The position numbers were made by a program, and so were the translations under genes. The notes under the pieces are model-generated. The model was not told the DNA's origin, did not search any database, and saw nothing but the letters and a program-made list of their open reading frames with translations. Shown piece after piece: positions 55,269 through 64,000 of a stretch of 64,000 nt of DNA. The DNA comes from an uncultured candidatus Porisulfidus sp. (GTDB taxonomy: Bacteria > Pseudomonadota > Gammaproteobacteria > Poriferisulfidales > Poriferisulfidaceae): positions 288,001-352,000 of the forward strand of contig CBDASZ010000002.1 in the NCBI GenBank assembly GCA_965199755.1, written 5' to 3'. The stretch's first letter is position 1. Each line of letters opens with the position of its first letter.

Positions 55269-56187
55269 ATGGAGAGAAAAGCAACTACCATCAGCATTAT
55301 GGAACTGATGCAAATGTTCTCTACCGAGCGCAAGGCAGTTGAATGGCTGGAAAAGATTCGGTGGGACGGAACGCCAACCTGCACCCATTGCGGATGTTGT
55401 GAAGGCATTAGCGAAACAAAATCCAAGAAATTCACTTACTGGTGCAAAACCTGTCGCAAGCACTTCACAGTCAAGACTGGAACGGTTATGCACAATTCCA
55501 ATATTAATTCGCGCAAGTGGGTCATTACTCTCTACTATGTGCTGACTGCTCTCAAAGGCATTTCTAGCCTGCAACTCTCAAAGGAACTAGGTATTACGCA
55601 GAAGTCAGCATGGTTTTTACTCCAACGGGTCAGAGAAGCCTGCAACAGTCGAGATTTCGTCCTCTCCGATGTAGTAGAAGTTGACGAGACTTATATTGGA
55701 GGCAAGGAACGCAATAAGCACGCTCACAAGAAACTCCGTGCAGGTAGGGGAGCCCTAGGTAAGCAGGCAGCTATGGGTCTGCGAGAACGCGGCGGATATG
55801 TCAAGGCGTATCCAGTTGTTACAACAGAGCGGGTAAGCGGTGGTCAATCATGTTGAACATGGCTCACAGGTTTATACAGATGACCATAAAGGCTACGCAC
55901 ATTTAGGTTGCCTTATGTATGACCACGAGAGCGTGAAGCATTCAGCAAAGGAGTATGTCAATGGCATAGCACACACTAACGGGATTGAGTCAGTCTGGGC
56001 TGTTCTGAAGAGAGGATTCAATGGGGTTTATCACAACTGGAGCAGGAAGCATTGCCATCGGTATGTGAATGAGTTTGCGTTCCGCTTGAATGAGGGGAAT
56101 TGTGCAAGAGATACGATTGACCACATGGAGTCTCTGGCCTTCAATATCGGAGGCAAGCGTCTCCGATACAAAGACCTTATTGCGTAG
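55269..56187 (+). pseudogene. IS1595-family transposase, frameshifted at about 55835
   Basis: Zn ribbon CTHCG..CKTC, GISSLQLSKELG HTH and VEVDETYIGG in frame 1; VYTD, HTNGIESVWAVLKR and YVNEFAFRLN in frame 2. Confidence 0.92.
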
Positions 56188-56195
56188 AGGCGGAT

Positions 56196-56642
56196 ATGGC
56201 TATTCCGAACTGGCGTAACAAGACGATCTACACTGGAGACAATTTATATGTCATGCGGGGCATGAACTCCGAGACTGTTGACCTCATTTATCTTGACCCT
56301 CCATTCAATTCAAACAAGGCATATTCAGCTCCTATTGGAAGCAAGGCGGCTGGAGCTGCATTTAAAGATACTTGGACTTTGCAGGATGTTGACTTGATAG
56401 AGCATTGCAGACTACGTAAGGAGTATGGGACTGGACTATACAAGATAATTGACACGGCCAGACATGTACACTCAAAAGGCATGTTTTCGTACCTGACAAT
56501 GATGGCATCTCGTCTTGTAGAGATGAAGCGAATATTGAAGCCTACAGGGAGCATTTACTTGCACTGCGACCCGACAGCAAGCCATTATCTGAAACTGCTA
56601 ATGGACGCTATCTTTGGTCAAAATATGATTAGAAATAGTCTT
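56196..56642 (+). pseudogene. 5' part of an adenine DNA methyltransferase-HNH fusion gene
   Basis: GDNL.VMRGM.SETVDLIYLDPPF, F.DTW, LKPTGSIYLHCD..ASHYLK..MDAIFG..IRN; homology breaks at the inverted repeat. Confidence 0.88.
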
Positions 56643-56649
56643 TTGCATG
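56627..56649 (+). repeat. Left arm of the imperfect inverted repeat bounding the inversion
   Basis: GATTAGAAAT-AGTCTT-T-TGCATG versus the reverse complement of the right arm, GATTAGAAAT-G-AGTCTT-GTG-TGCATG. Confidence 0.85.
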
Positions 56650-57611
56650 ATAGCCACAAATTCTTCTTGGCTCTTTGCCCCCTTCTTTCTGTTGCAGTTT
56701 CCGCATAGCAACTGGAAATTATCCTTATGGTCTGTCCCTCCATATTTCTTCGGCGTAATGTGATCCATCTCAAAGTCCTCTAGCCTGTTAAATTGCGTCC
56801 CGCAACCATTGCACATCTGGTCCTGCAATGCAAACAAAGCGCCTTTATGAGCCTTCTTCTCAATGGGGGATAGTTCAGGCCCCATATCAGTTCGTAGAGG
56901 CTTATCTGTGCTTGAGATAATTTCCTTAAACAGACCCTGGTCTTCTCTAATCCGGTCTGTCAGAAGTTCCACCGCCTTCGGGCTAACATCAATGCCTACC
57001 CATTGCCTTTGTAACTTGTCTGCTATGACTAGAGCTGTAGCACATACGCAGAAGGGGTCAAACACGACATCCCGCCGGCTACTAGATGCTTTTATGATGC
57101 GTTCAAGCAAGGCTATGGGCTTTTGCGTTGGGTAGCCGGTATCTTCCTTCCCGGCTACGAAAGGGATGTCTATCCAGTTATCATCTATTTGTGTCCCTTT
57201 TGCGTAACTAGCATAGTGCTTTATTTGGGGGAATCCTGTCATGCACAGGAGCTCGTTGGCTTCCATCCAGTCCAGCCTTTCGTGCGCGTTATATTCATGA
57301 CAATCATGAGGGAGTGCAAGGTCGCTCGGCAAATTCTTTACGGATGCGGCCCAGATGCCTTCCTGAAGGGGGAAGTGCCCACGCCAATCCTGTCCGGAGA
57401 GGGTTTCTCGTTTTCCTGGAGCGTGCGCTGGAACGAGTTTATATTTGCCACGCCAATAACAGGCTCTTTTTTGAATTGTCGCATCTGTTTCTTCGGTAGT
57501 ATCTGCATATTCTGGGGATATTCCGCTTGCATAATGCAGGATTGTGTCAACAGATTCGAAGGGGGCAATTTGCGCAAGACTGAATTTGTGGCGATTAGTT
57601 CGCATGCACAC
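56643..57611 (-). pseudogene. Inverted 3' part of the methyltransferase-HNH gene (TRD, SAM-binding motif, HNH nuclease)
   Basis: Minus strand: DNWIDI, GYPTQKPIALLERIIKASS, VFDPFCVCAT, WVGID, then CNGC..DHITPK..GGTD...N.QLLC..CNR.KG (HNH). Confidence 0.88.
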
Positions 57612-57628
57612 AAGACTCATTTCTAATC
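57603..57628 (-). repeat. Right arm of the imperfect inverted repeat bounding the inversion
   Basis: CATGCACACAAGACTCATTTCTAATC on the + strand; contains AAG ACT CAT TTC TAA, the stop of the restored gene. Confidence 0.85.
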
Positions 57629-57677
57629 GGACTATAGAGCAGTCATAATATACTGGCCTAACTTGGAGGTATTTGGA

Positions 57678-57998
57678 ATGACTACTTTGAGGGATTTAGA
57701 GGATGCGGTGCGTCAAGTGCTGTTACAACTCGAAAGCATGCTGGGTGGCGATTATTCACAGCCGCTTGCTGACATCAACTACGGCAGCAAAAGTAGCCAC
57801 ACACTGATATCTCACTTCCCGGAAATTGATCTCAACATCTTCACCATGCTCTCGGGAGACCGCAAGGTGCGCGTGCCTATTCACGAACCTGAATACTATA
57901 AAGAACTGAACCCGGCCGCCTTGACTCGATCATTCAAAAACTTGGAATGCTGCTGGAGCCTTTTGTCGAGAAACCCTCCGGGCAATCTCGATCACTGA
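57678..57998 (+). CDS. Hypothetical protein, possibly a chimeric remnant
   Basis: Strong GGAGGT Shine-Dalgarno before ATG 57678; no recognisable motif; at the edge of the island. Confidence 0.4.
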   Translation: MTTLRDLEDAVRQVLLQLESMLGGDYSQPLADINYGSKSSHTLISHFPEIDLNIFTMLSGDRKVRVPIHEPEYYKELNPAALTRSFKNLECCWSLLSRNPPGNLDH

Positions 57999-58076
57999 AT
58001 TGATGCTCAGCGAACTTCAGAGCAACAAATTCTTCTCACAATAGAATACACATCACCTCACTCAGGACGAACACCC

Positions 58077-59990
58077 ATGACAGAACGAGCGCAACTGGAA
58101 GAACGGGAAAGCAACTGCGCCACGGTAGCGGATTTCGCGGCACTGATCACTGACGCCCTCGAAGATCCGGCAGATAAAGAATACGCTGAAGAACTTGCTG
58201 GCCGTGCCGAAGGATTGTGCGTGGAAGTCGAGGATACCGTCGCCTATGCCGGCATTTTGAAGGCGCTGGATAAAGACGCCAGCGACATCCGCAGCGCTTT
58301 GGAAGAAGCCGAAATGGATTGCCAATTCACCAAACAATTCGTGGCGCTGGCGCGCGGTTTCAGGGATTATTGCGGCGACGAAGACAGGATGCGCGAACTG
58401 ATGGATCAAGCGGAAGAGTTCTGCATGACTGATGAGGAGCAGATCGATCTCGGCGACGGCTTCCAGATCCTGCTCGGTGATTCCGCCCGCGCTGCTGAGT
58501 GCTACGAAAAGGGTCTGGCGGGCGTGCAAGATCGCGAAGCGCTGCTTGCACTGGCGGAGAAATTCGCCGGTCCGCTCGACAACCCGGAACTGGCACGCAC
58601 GGTATACGCCCGCGCCGAGGAGAAATCCACCTCCGGCAACGATCTGCGCAAACTGGCCCAGTCGATGCGCGAACATTTACGCGACGATGAAGCGGTCGGT
58701 GCGGTCTACCAGCGCGCCTCCGAGCGCCTGACGGCAGTCAATGACCTGATTAATCTGGCCGCGGACAGTCTGGAACTTGGACTGAAAGATCTGGCCGAGC
58801 AACTCTACCGCAAGGTGCTGGGCGAAGCCTCGGACTACGCCCAGGTCCTCAAACTGGTCGCGCCGCTGCAAGAGATGGGCGACGCGCAGGAACTAATCGG
58901 CACGGTTCTGGAGCGCGCCGGAGAACTGGCCGAGGACAGCACGCAGGTGCTGGACGTGGCTGTTTTGGCGCATGAAGCTGATCCGCAAGCACCGAGAGTG
59001 CGCCAGCTGCTGGCCCGCGCCGAAGAAATGGTCACCAGTCTGGGCGAACTCACCGCCGTCAGTGAACGTGTCGCGGCGCTGGCCGGAGACGATGCCGAAT
59101 GGAGGGGGCGACTGGACGAGAAAATGGAAAAGCGCCAAGCCAATCAGGCGCGCTACAACGCCTTTCAGGATCAGGAGCAAAAGGCCGACACGCCACTGCA
59201 ATTCATGCAACTGGCCACGCAGGTCATGGAAGAGCTGGAAGACGCCTTTTATGCGCGCAAACTGCTCGACACCGCGCGGCAGATGCTGGAATCCTCACCC
59301 GGCGACACCAATTTGCATTGTCTGCTGGCGCGTACCATGGATACCTTGCTGGAAGACGCCGACTCCTGTCATGCAATCCTGCAGCAGGCGGCCGATGCGG
59401 CCGAGAGTTTCTCCAGCCTGCGGCTGCTGGCGCAAGCCGCCTGCAACGAACTGCGCGATCAGGACGCCGGACAACAGCGCGCGCGGAGCTGGTATCAATC
59501 CTGGCAATCTCGCCTTGACGGCAGCGACGCTTACGCCAGCTTGCGTCTGGCGCGAGCGGTGTGGACGGACCTGAATGATGCCGAGTTCGCCCTGAAGGTC
59601 ACTGACAGCATCGCCGCGGATGCACGTGATGCCATGATCCTCGCACAGATGGGCTTGCTGGCGCAAGAGGCCGGCAATGCGACACGCGCGGAGGAACTGT
59701 TCCGCGAAGCGCTTCAGGATGCCGGCAGCGAAACCGCCATCAGCGTCATGCGGCTGCTGTGTGATGCGCGTGTGGATACCACACTGTTGCGGAGCTTGTA
59801 TGAAAGTGCCGCGCCTGAGGAAGCAGCGCAGCGCTTGCGCTGGACCGAGGGGATTTTGGAAGTCTTCGGCGATCGCGAATGGGGCGAACGCATGTATGCG
59901 GAGATGACGGATGCGGCCAGTGATCCGGCGCTCGCCGCGCGTCTGGCACTCAGCCGTGATTCACGTCTCGGCCGACTGCTGATCCGCTGA
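58077..59990 (+). CDS. Acidic alpha-solenoid protein with 34-aa TPR-like repeats
   Basis: 637-aa ORF with host-like codon usage, AGGA Shine-Dalgarno and TAGAAT upstream; recurring D..A..L...AE helices at a 34-aa period. Confidence 0.85.
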   Translation: MTERAQLEERESNCATVADFAALITDALEDPADKEYAEELAGRAEGLCVEVEDTVAYAGILKALDKDASDIRSALEEAEMDCQFTKQFVALARGFRDYCGDEDRMRELMDQAEEFCMTDEEQIDLGDGFQILLGDSARAAECYEKGLAGVQDREALLALAEKFAGPLDNPELARTVYARAEEKSTSGNDLRKLAQSMREHLRDDEAVGAVYQRASERLTAVNDLINLAADSLELGLKDLAEQLYRKVLGEASDYAQVLKLVAPLQEMGDAQELIGTVLERAGELAEDSTQVLDVAVLAHEADPQAPRVRQLLARAEEMVTSLGELTAVSERVAALAGDDAEWRGRLDEKMEKRQANQARYNAFQDQEQKADTPLQFMQLATQVMEELEDAFYARKLLDTARQMLESSPGDTNLHCLLARTMDTLLEDADSCHAILQQAADAAESFSSLRLLAQAACNELRDQDAGQQRARSWYQSWQSRLDGSDAYASLRLARAVWTDLNDAEFALKVTDSIAADARDAMILAQMGLLAQEAGNATRAEELFREALQDAGSETAISVMRLLCDARVDTTLLRSLYESAAPEEAAQRLRWTEGILEVFGDREWGERMYAEMTDAASDPALAARLALSRDSRLGRLLIR

Positions 59991-61877
59991 TTCCGCAAGC
60001 AATTCGTTCATCCGGCTGACGAAGGCGGCCGGGTCCTCCAGCATCACCCCTTCGGTCAGGGAGGCCTGATCGAACAGCCACCGCGCCCATACCTCAAAGC
60101 GCGCTTCATCCTGCTGCATGCGCGCAAGCAAGGCATGCTCAAGATTGACCTCCAGCGTCACTTTCGCAGCCGGAACATCCTGACCCTGACGCCGCAAAAT
60201 GTCTTCCATAAACGGCGACAAACCCTGATCACTGCGCACCAGACAACTCGGAGAATCGGTCAACCGCGTCGACGGGCGCACCGTCTCCACGCTCTCGCCC
60301 AGCACCTCCTTGATGCGCGCGCACAGCGCGTCTTCTTCTGTCTGCGGCGCGTCGGCCTCCTCAGAATCCTCGCTCTTCTCCGCATCGTCGGCAGGCTTGG
60401 GCGCATCACCCGGCAGACGCAGTTCACCGCGGGCGATTGACTGAAACTCCGTGCCGTCATATTCGTGCGCCCAGTTCATCACCCATTCGTCCACCGGATC
60501 AACCAGTAGCAGCACTTCAATGCCGCGCTCGCGGAAGATCTCCAGATGCGGACTGCTGCTCGCGGTCGCCAGATTCTCGGCCGTTAGATAGTAGATCTGA
60601 TCCTGTCCCTCCACCATCCGGCTGCGGTACTCCTCCAGTGACACGCTTGGCGTTTGCGAATCGTGAGTCGAGCGAAAGCGCGACAATTTCAGGAGGCGCT
60701 CACGGTTACCGCCATCCTCCACCACACCTTCTTTCAGAACCGGGCCGAACATGTCCCAGAACTTCTCGTATTTCTCACCAGCCTCATCGGCCAGTTTCTC
60801 CAGCATGTCAAGCACCCGCCTGACCGCAGTGCTGCGAACCGTGTCCAGCAACCGGTTGTCCTGCAATAACTCACGCGAAACATTCAAGGGCAGATCATCA
60901 GAGTCAATAACCCCGCGCACAAAACGCAAATAGCGCGGCATCAAAGTCTCCGGGTCATCCAGAATGAAGACCCGCCGCACGTACAGCCGCACTCCATGGC
61001 TTGGATTCGGATCGGAGAGATCATACGGCACCGTGCCAGGCACATACAACAGCAGACTGTATTCGTGCCGGCCTTCCACCCGATGGTGCGTCCAGACCAG
61101 CGGATCGGAAGGATCGTGCGCCACGTGCTTGTAGAAGCCGATGTAGTCCTCGTCGCTGATCTCCTTCTTCGACCGCGTCCACAAGGCGCTGGCCTGGTTG
61201 ATCACCTCCCAGTCCTTCTCCGGCGCGCCCTCTTCACCCACCGAATGCAACCGAATCGGAAACGCTGTATGGTCTGAATACTGCTGTACCAGAGTGCGCA
61301 GCCGATGTTCGTCCAAAAACTCGGATTCCTCATCCTTTAGATGCAGCGTCACCGACACTCCGCGCGGCGCGTCCGCGACTGAAGAGAGTTCGTAACCGCT
61401 GGTGCCATCTGATTCCCAGCACGTGCCTTGCTTGCCGCCGGCTCGGCGCGCCGTCAGCGTCACTCGATCGGCGACGATAAAGGCCGAGTAAAAGCCCACC
61501 CCGAATTGTCCGATCTGATTCAGATCGGCCGCCTTCTTGTCGTTCAAGGATTCCAGAAAAGCACGGGTGCCGGAGCGCGCGATGGTGCCAATATTGTCGA
61601 CCACCTCCTTGCGGCTCATGCCAATGCCGTTATCGCGCAAGGTCAGCGTCCGCTCGCGGTCATTCACTTCCAGGTGGATGGCCAAGTCGCTGTCGCCCTC
61701 GTACAGTGTATCGTCCGTCAGCGCCTCAAACCGCAACCGATCCAGCGCATCGGATGCGTTGGAGATAAGTTCGCGCAGGAAGATTTCCTTGTTGGAATAC
61801 AAGGAGTGCGTCACCAGATGCAGTAACTGGCCGACCTCCGCCTCGAAGGTGTGGTGCTGGCTTTGGGGGGTGCTCAT
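59961..61877 (-). CDS. htpG: Molecular chaperone HtpG (Hsp90)
   Basis: [42 protein letters not shown] and LPLNVSRE motifs. Confidence 0.98.
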   Translation of the reverse strand: MSTPQSQHHTFEAEVGQLLHLVTHSLYSNKEIFLRELISNASDALDRLRFEALTDDTLYEGDSDLAIHLEVNDRERTLTLRDNGIGMSRKEVVDNIGTIARSGTRAFLESLNDKKAADLNQIGQFGVGFYSAFIVADRVTLTARRAGGKQGTCWESDGTSGYELSSVADAPRGVSVTLHLKDEESEFLDEHRLRTLVQQYSDHTAFPIRLHSVGEEGAPEKDWEVINQASALWTRSKKEISDEDYIGFYKHVAHDPSDPLVWTHHRVEGRHEYSLLLYVPGTVPYDLSDPNPSHGVRLYVRRVFILDDPETLMPRYLRFVRGVIDSDDLPLNVSRELLQDNRLLDTVRSTAVRRVLDMLEKLADEAGEKYEKFWDMFGPVLKEGVVEDGGNRERLLKLSRFRSTHDSQTPSVSLEEYRSRMVEGQDQIYYLTAENLATASSSPHLEIFRERGIEVLLLVDPVDEWVMNWAHEYDGTEFQSIARGELRLPGDAPKPADDAEKSEDSEEADAPQTEEDALCARIKEVLGESVETVRPSTRLTDSPSCLVRSDQGLSPFMEDILRRQGQDVPAAKVTLEVNLEHALLARMQQDEARFEVWARWLFDQASLTEGVMLEDPAAFVSRMNELLAESADQQSAET

Positions 61878-61978
61878 GCCTGAAGTGCTCCGCTCAAGAT
61901 GTCTCTTTGTTTAATGAGGGAGAAAATCTGAATTTTCAACACCCCCTATAATGGAAAGACCAAGATTTATGACACGGT

Positions 61979-63022
61979 ATGCCTTCTCCACACGCGAGCG
62001 CCCATTCTTTCTCATATCCTGAGACCCATGTGATTGAAGCGTCACTGGGCAGCTACACGGAGTCCGAACGCGCCGAACTGATGGCGCGCGCACAAGAATT
62101 GCTGACCCGCGAAGACGCGGTGCTGGTGGCGCATTACTACACCCACCCTGATCTGCAGGAACTGGCGGACAGTAGCGGCGGCACGGTCGCGGATTCGCTG
62201 GAAATGGCGCGCTTCGGCAAGCATGCCGACGCCAGCACGCTGGTGGTCGCCGGCGTGCGTTTCATGGGCGAGACGGCCAAGATTCTCAGCCCGGAGAAAC
62301 GCGTCCTGATGCCCACGCTGGAGGCTGAGTGCTCTCTGGACCTGGGTTGTCCGGTAGACGCTTTCACCGAGTTCTGTGACGCCCACCCTGATCGGGAAGT
62401 AGTGGTCTACGCCAACACCAGCGCGGCGGTCAAGGCGCGTGCGGACTGGGTAGTCACCTCCAGTTGCGCGGTGCGCATTATCGCGCATCTGATGGATGAG
62501 GATCGGAAGATTTTATGGGCCCCCGACCGCCACCTCGGACACTACCTGCAGCGCGTCACCGGCGTCGACATGATCCGCTGGGAGGGCCATTGCATCGTGC
62601 ATGACGAATTCAAGTCCCGCGCGCTCGGCGATATGGTCGAGCAAAATCCGCACGCGGCCGTGCTGGTGCACCCGGAATCCCCCGAAGAAGTCATCGCTCT
62701 GGCCGATGTGGTCGGTTCGACCACACAGTTAATTAAAGCCTGTCAGGAAATGTCACAAACCACCTTCATTGTCGCCACCGATCGGCGCATCTTCTACAAG
62801 ATGCAGCAGGCCGCACCAGACAAGGAGTTTCTGGAAGCCCCGACCCACGGTGAAGGCGCGACCTGCAAGAGTTGCGCGCATTGCCCGTGGATGGCGATGA
62901 ACGATCTGCACAAACTGATTGCCGTGCTGGAAGACGGCAGCAACGAAATCGAAGTGGAAGAAAACATCCGCCAGCGCGCCCTGCACTCAACCCGGCGCAT
63001 GCTGGACTTCACCACGCACTAA
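61979..63022 (+). CDS. nadA: Quinolinate synthase
   Basis: [40 protein letters not shown] and [10 protein letters not shown] motifs. Confidence 0.97.
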   Translation: MPSPHASAHSFSYPETHVIEASLGSYTESERAELMARAQELLTREDAVLVAHYYTHPDLQELADSSGGTVADSLEMARFGKHADASTLVVAGVRFMGETAKILSPEKRVLMPTLEAECSLDLGCPVDAFTEFCDAHPDREVVVYANTSAAVKARADWVVTSSCAVRIIAHLMDEDRKILWAPDRHLGHYLQRVTGVDMIRWEGHCIVHDEFKSRALGDMVEQNPHAAVLVHPESPEEVIALADVVGSTTQLIKACQEMSQTTFIVATDRRIFYKMQQAAPDKEFLEAPTHGEGATCKSCAHCPWMAMNDLHKLIAVLEDGSNEIEVEENIRQRALHSTRRMLDFTTH

Positions 63023-63029
63023 TCCTCAT

Positions 63030-64000
63030 CTAGGCAATATCCAGCGGATCCACGTCCAGCCACCAACGCACACCGCGCGGCGGTTTGAGATCCTCCAGAC
63101 ACGCATCCATACAACGCTCCAGTGCCGGGCGGGCGCGAGCGCGCAGCAACAGTTGCGCGCGCCATTCCCCGCTGTGGCGCGGCATCAGCGCCGGTGCTGG
63201 ACCCAAGGCATCCACCCCGGGCATCTCTTTGATGCGCTCAGCCAGTTCCTGCAGGAAACTCTCGGCGGTGTCGTAGTCCTCATGTCGCGCTTGCCACAAG
63301 GCCCAGCGGCCGTATGGCGGCAGCAGGCGCTGCTTGCGCTCCTCCAGCAAGCGATTCAGCCACGTGTCATAGTCTTCCTGCAGCAGTTGCTGCAGCATCG
63401 GATGTTGCGGCAGACAGGTCTGAAGCAACACCCGTCCGGCCTTGGTGCGCCGCCCGGCGCGCCCAGAAACCTGCACCAGAATCTGCGCGAGATGCTCTGG
63501 CGCGCGCAGCCGCGGACTGAAGAACTGACTGTCGCTGTTGAGAATCCCGACCAGCGTAACCTCCGGGAAGTCATGGCCCTTGCACAGCATCTGCGTACCT
63601 ATCACAATACGCCAGTCCCCGCGGCGCGTCTGCTCCAGCGAGCGCTCCAGTTCGCCTCGCCGGTGAATGTTGTCTCGATCAAGACGCAGGATCGGGCAGC
63701 CCGGAAATTCGCTGCGCAAATGCTCTTCGACGCGCTGGGTGCCTTCTCCCAACAGTTGCGCACCGCGCTCAACCAGATCTCCGGCGGATTGCCGAAAGCC
63801 GCAATGATGGCACTGCAACGATCGGGAATTCTGATGGTAGGTCATGCACACATCACACTTGGGACAGGTCTGCGGCGTCTGCTTGTCGGGCGACAGCAAC
63901 ACCGGCGCGAAGCCGCGGCGATTCAGAAACAACAGCGCCTGCTCGCCGCGATCCATGGTCTCGCGCAAGGCATTCATCAGCGGCTCTGACAAGCCCTCTG
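63030..64000 (-). CDS. priA: Primosomal protein N' (3' part only; 5' end lies beyond the window)
   Basis: LLFLNRRGFAP, GTQRVEE, RLDRD, IGTQML.KGHDFP.VTLV, QVSGRAGR, LPPY and DVDP motifs. Confidence 0.95.
   Translation of the reverse strand, partial: EGLSEPLMNALRETMDRGEQALLFLNRRGFAPVLLSPDKQTPQTCPKCDVCMTYHQNSRSLQCHHCGFRQSAGDLVERGAQLLGEGTQRVEEHLRSEFPGCPILRLDRDNIHRRGELERSLEQTRRGDWRIVIGTQMLCKGHDFPEVTLVGILNSDSQFFSPRLRAPEHLAQILVQVSGRAGRRTKAGRVLLQTCLPQHPMLQQLLQEDYDTWLNRLLEERKQRLLPPYGRWALWQARHEDYDTAESFLQELAERIKEMPGVDALGPAPALMPRHSGEWRAQLLLRARARPALERCMDACLEDLKPPRGVRWWLDVDPLDIA

Larger units (their letters stand above)
55219..57630 (+). mobile_element. Degraded IS1595-family element carrying a methyltransferase-HNH passenger gene
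   Basis: Left end AGGACTTATATACTT, transposase, passenger ORF starting 8 bp after the transposase stop, lower GC than the flanks. No matching right end was found, so the right boundary is approximate. Confidence 0.75.

Noticed and set aside
55820-55856. Programmed frameshift in the IS1595 transposase
   Set aside because: No slippery heptamer or downstream structure is visible, residues appear to be missing at the junction, and IS1595 transposases are normally single ORFs; a small deletion is more likely.
59961-59990. Repeat protein as an Hsp90 TPR co-chaperone
   Set aside because: The genes are convergent, HtpG lacks a MEEVD tail, and short convergent overlaps are common throughout this window; kept only as a remark.

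Overview
64-kb window from a GC-rich, very compact gammaproteobacterial chromosome. It is mostly housekeeping genes: hemW-rdgB-rph; yrbG-kdsD-kdsC-lptC/A-lptB-hpf-ptsN-rapZ-PTS-mgtE; mnmG-rsmG-parA-parB; ArsR-rhodanese-grxC-secB-gpsA-pyrD; map-glnD-mutS; TPR-lolB-ispE-tRNA-Gln-prs; hemA-prfA-prmC; topA-tsaC-hemF; argS-SPOR; fur; a TonB receptor; thiC-pcm-waaA/kdkA; htpG; nadA; partial priA. Three small accessory patches lie at about 12.2-13.0, 38.85-39.2 and 54.7-58.0 kb. Main observations: (1) An IS1595-borne DNA methyltransferase-HNH fusion gene is split by a 969-bp inversion between imperfect inverted repeats, and flipping the segment restores one clean 476-codon ORF. (2) LptC and LptA form a single in-frame fusion. 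(3) A 637-aa helical-repeat protein has an ExxC motif at exact 34-residue spacing. (4) PriA has lost the outer two CxxC pairs, i.e. one whole Zn site. (5) Several genes have a -10 box 7-8 nt before the ATG (leaderless-type), including a 6-codon mini-ORF coupled to mutS. (6) rpoN, dprA/smg and tolC are missing from their usual positions. All calls come from motif recognition by eye; no database searches were run.
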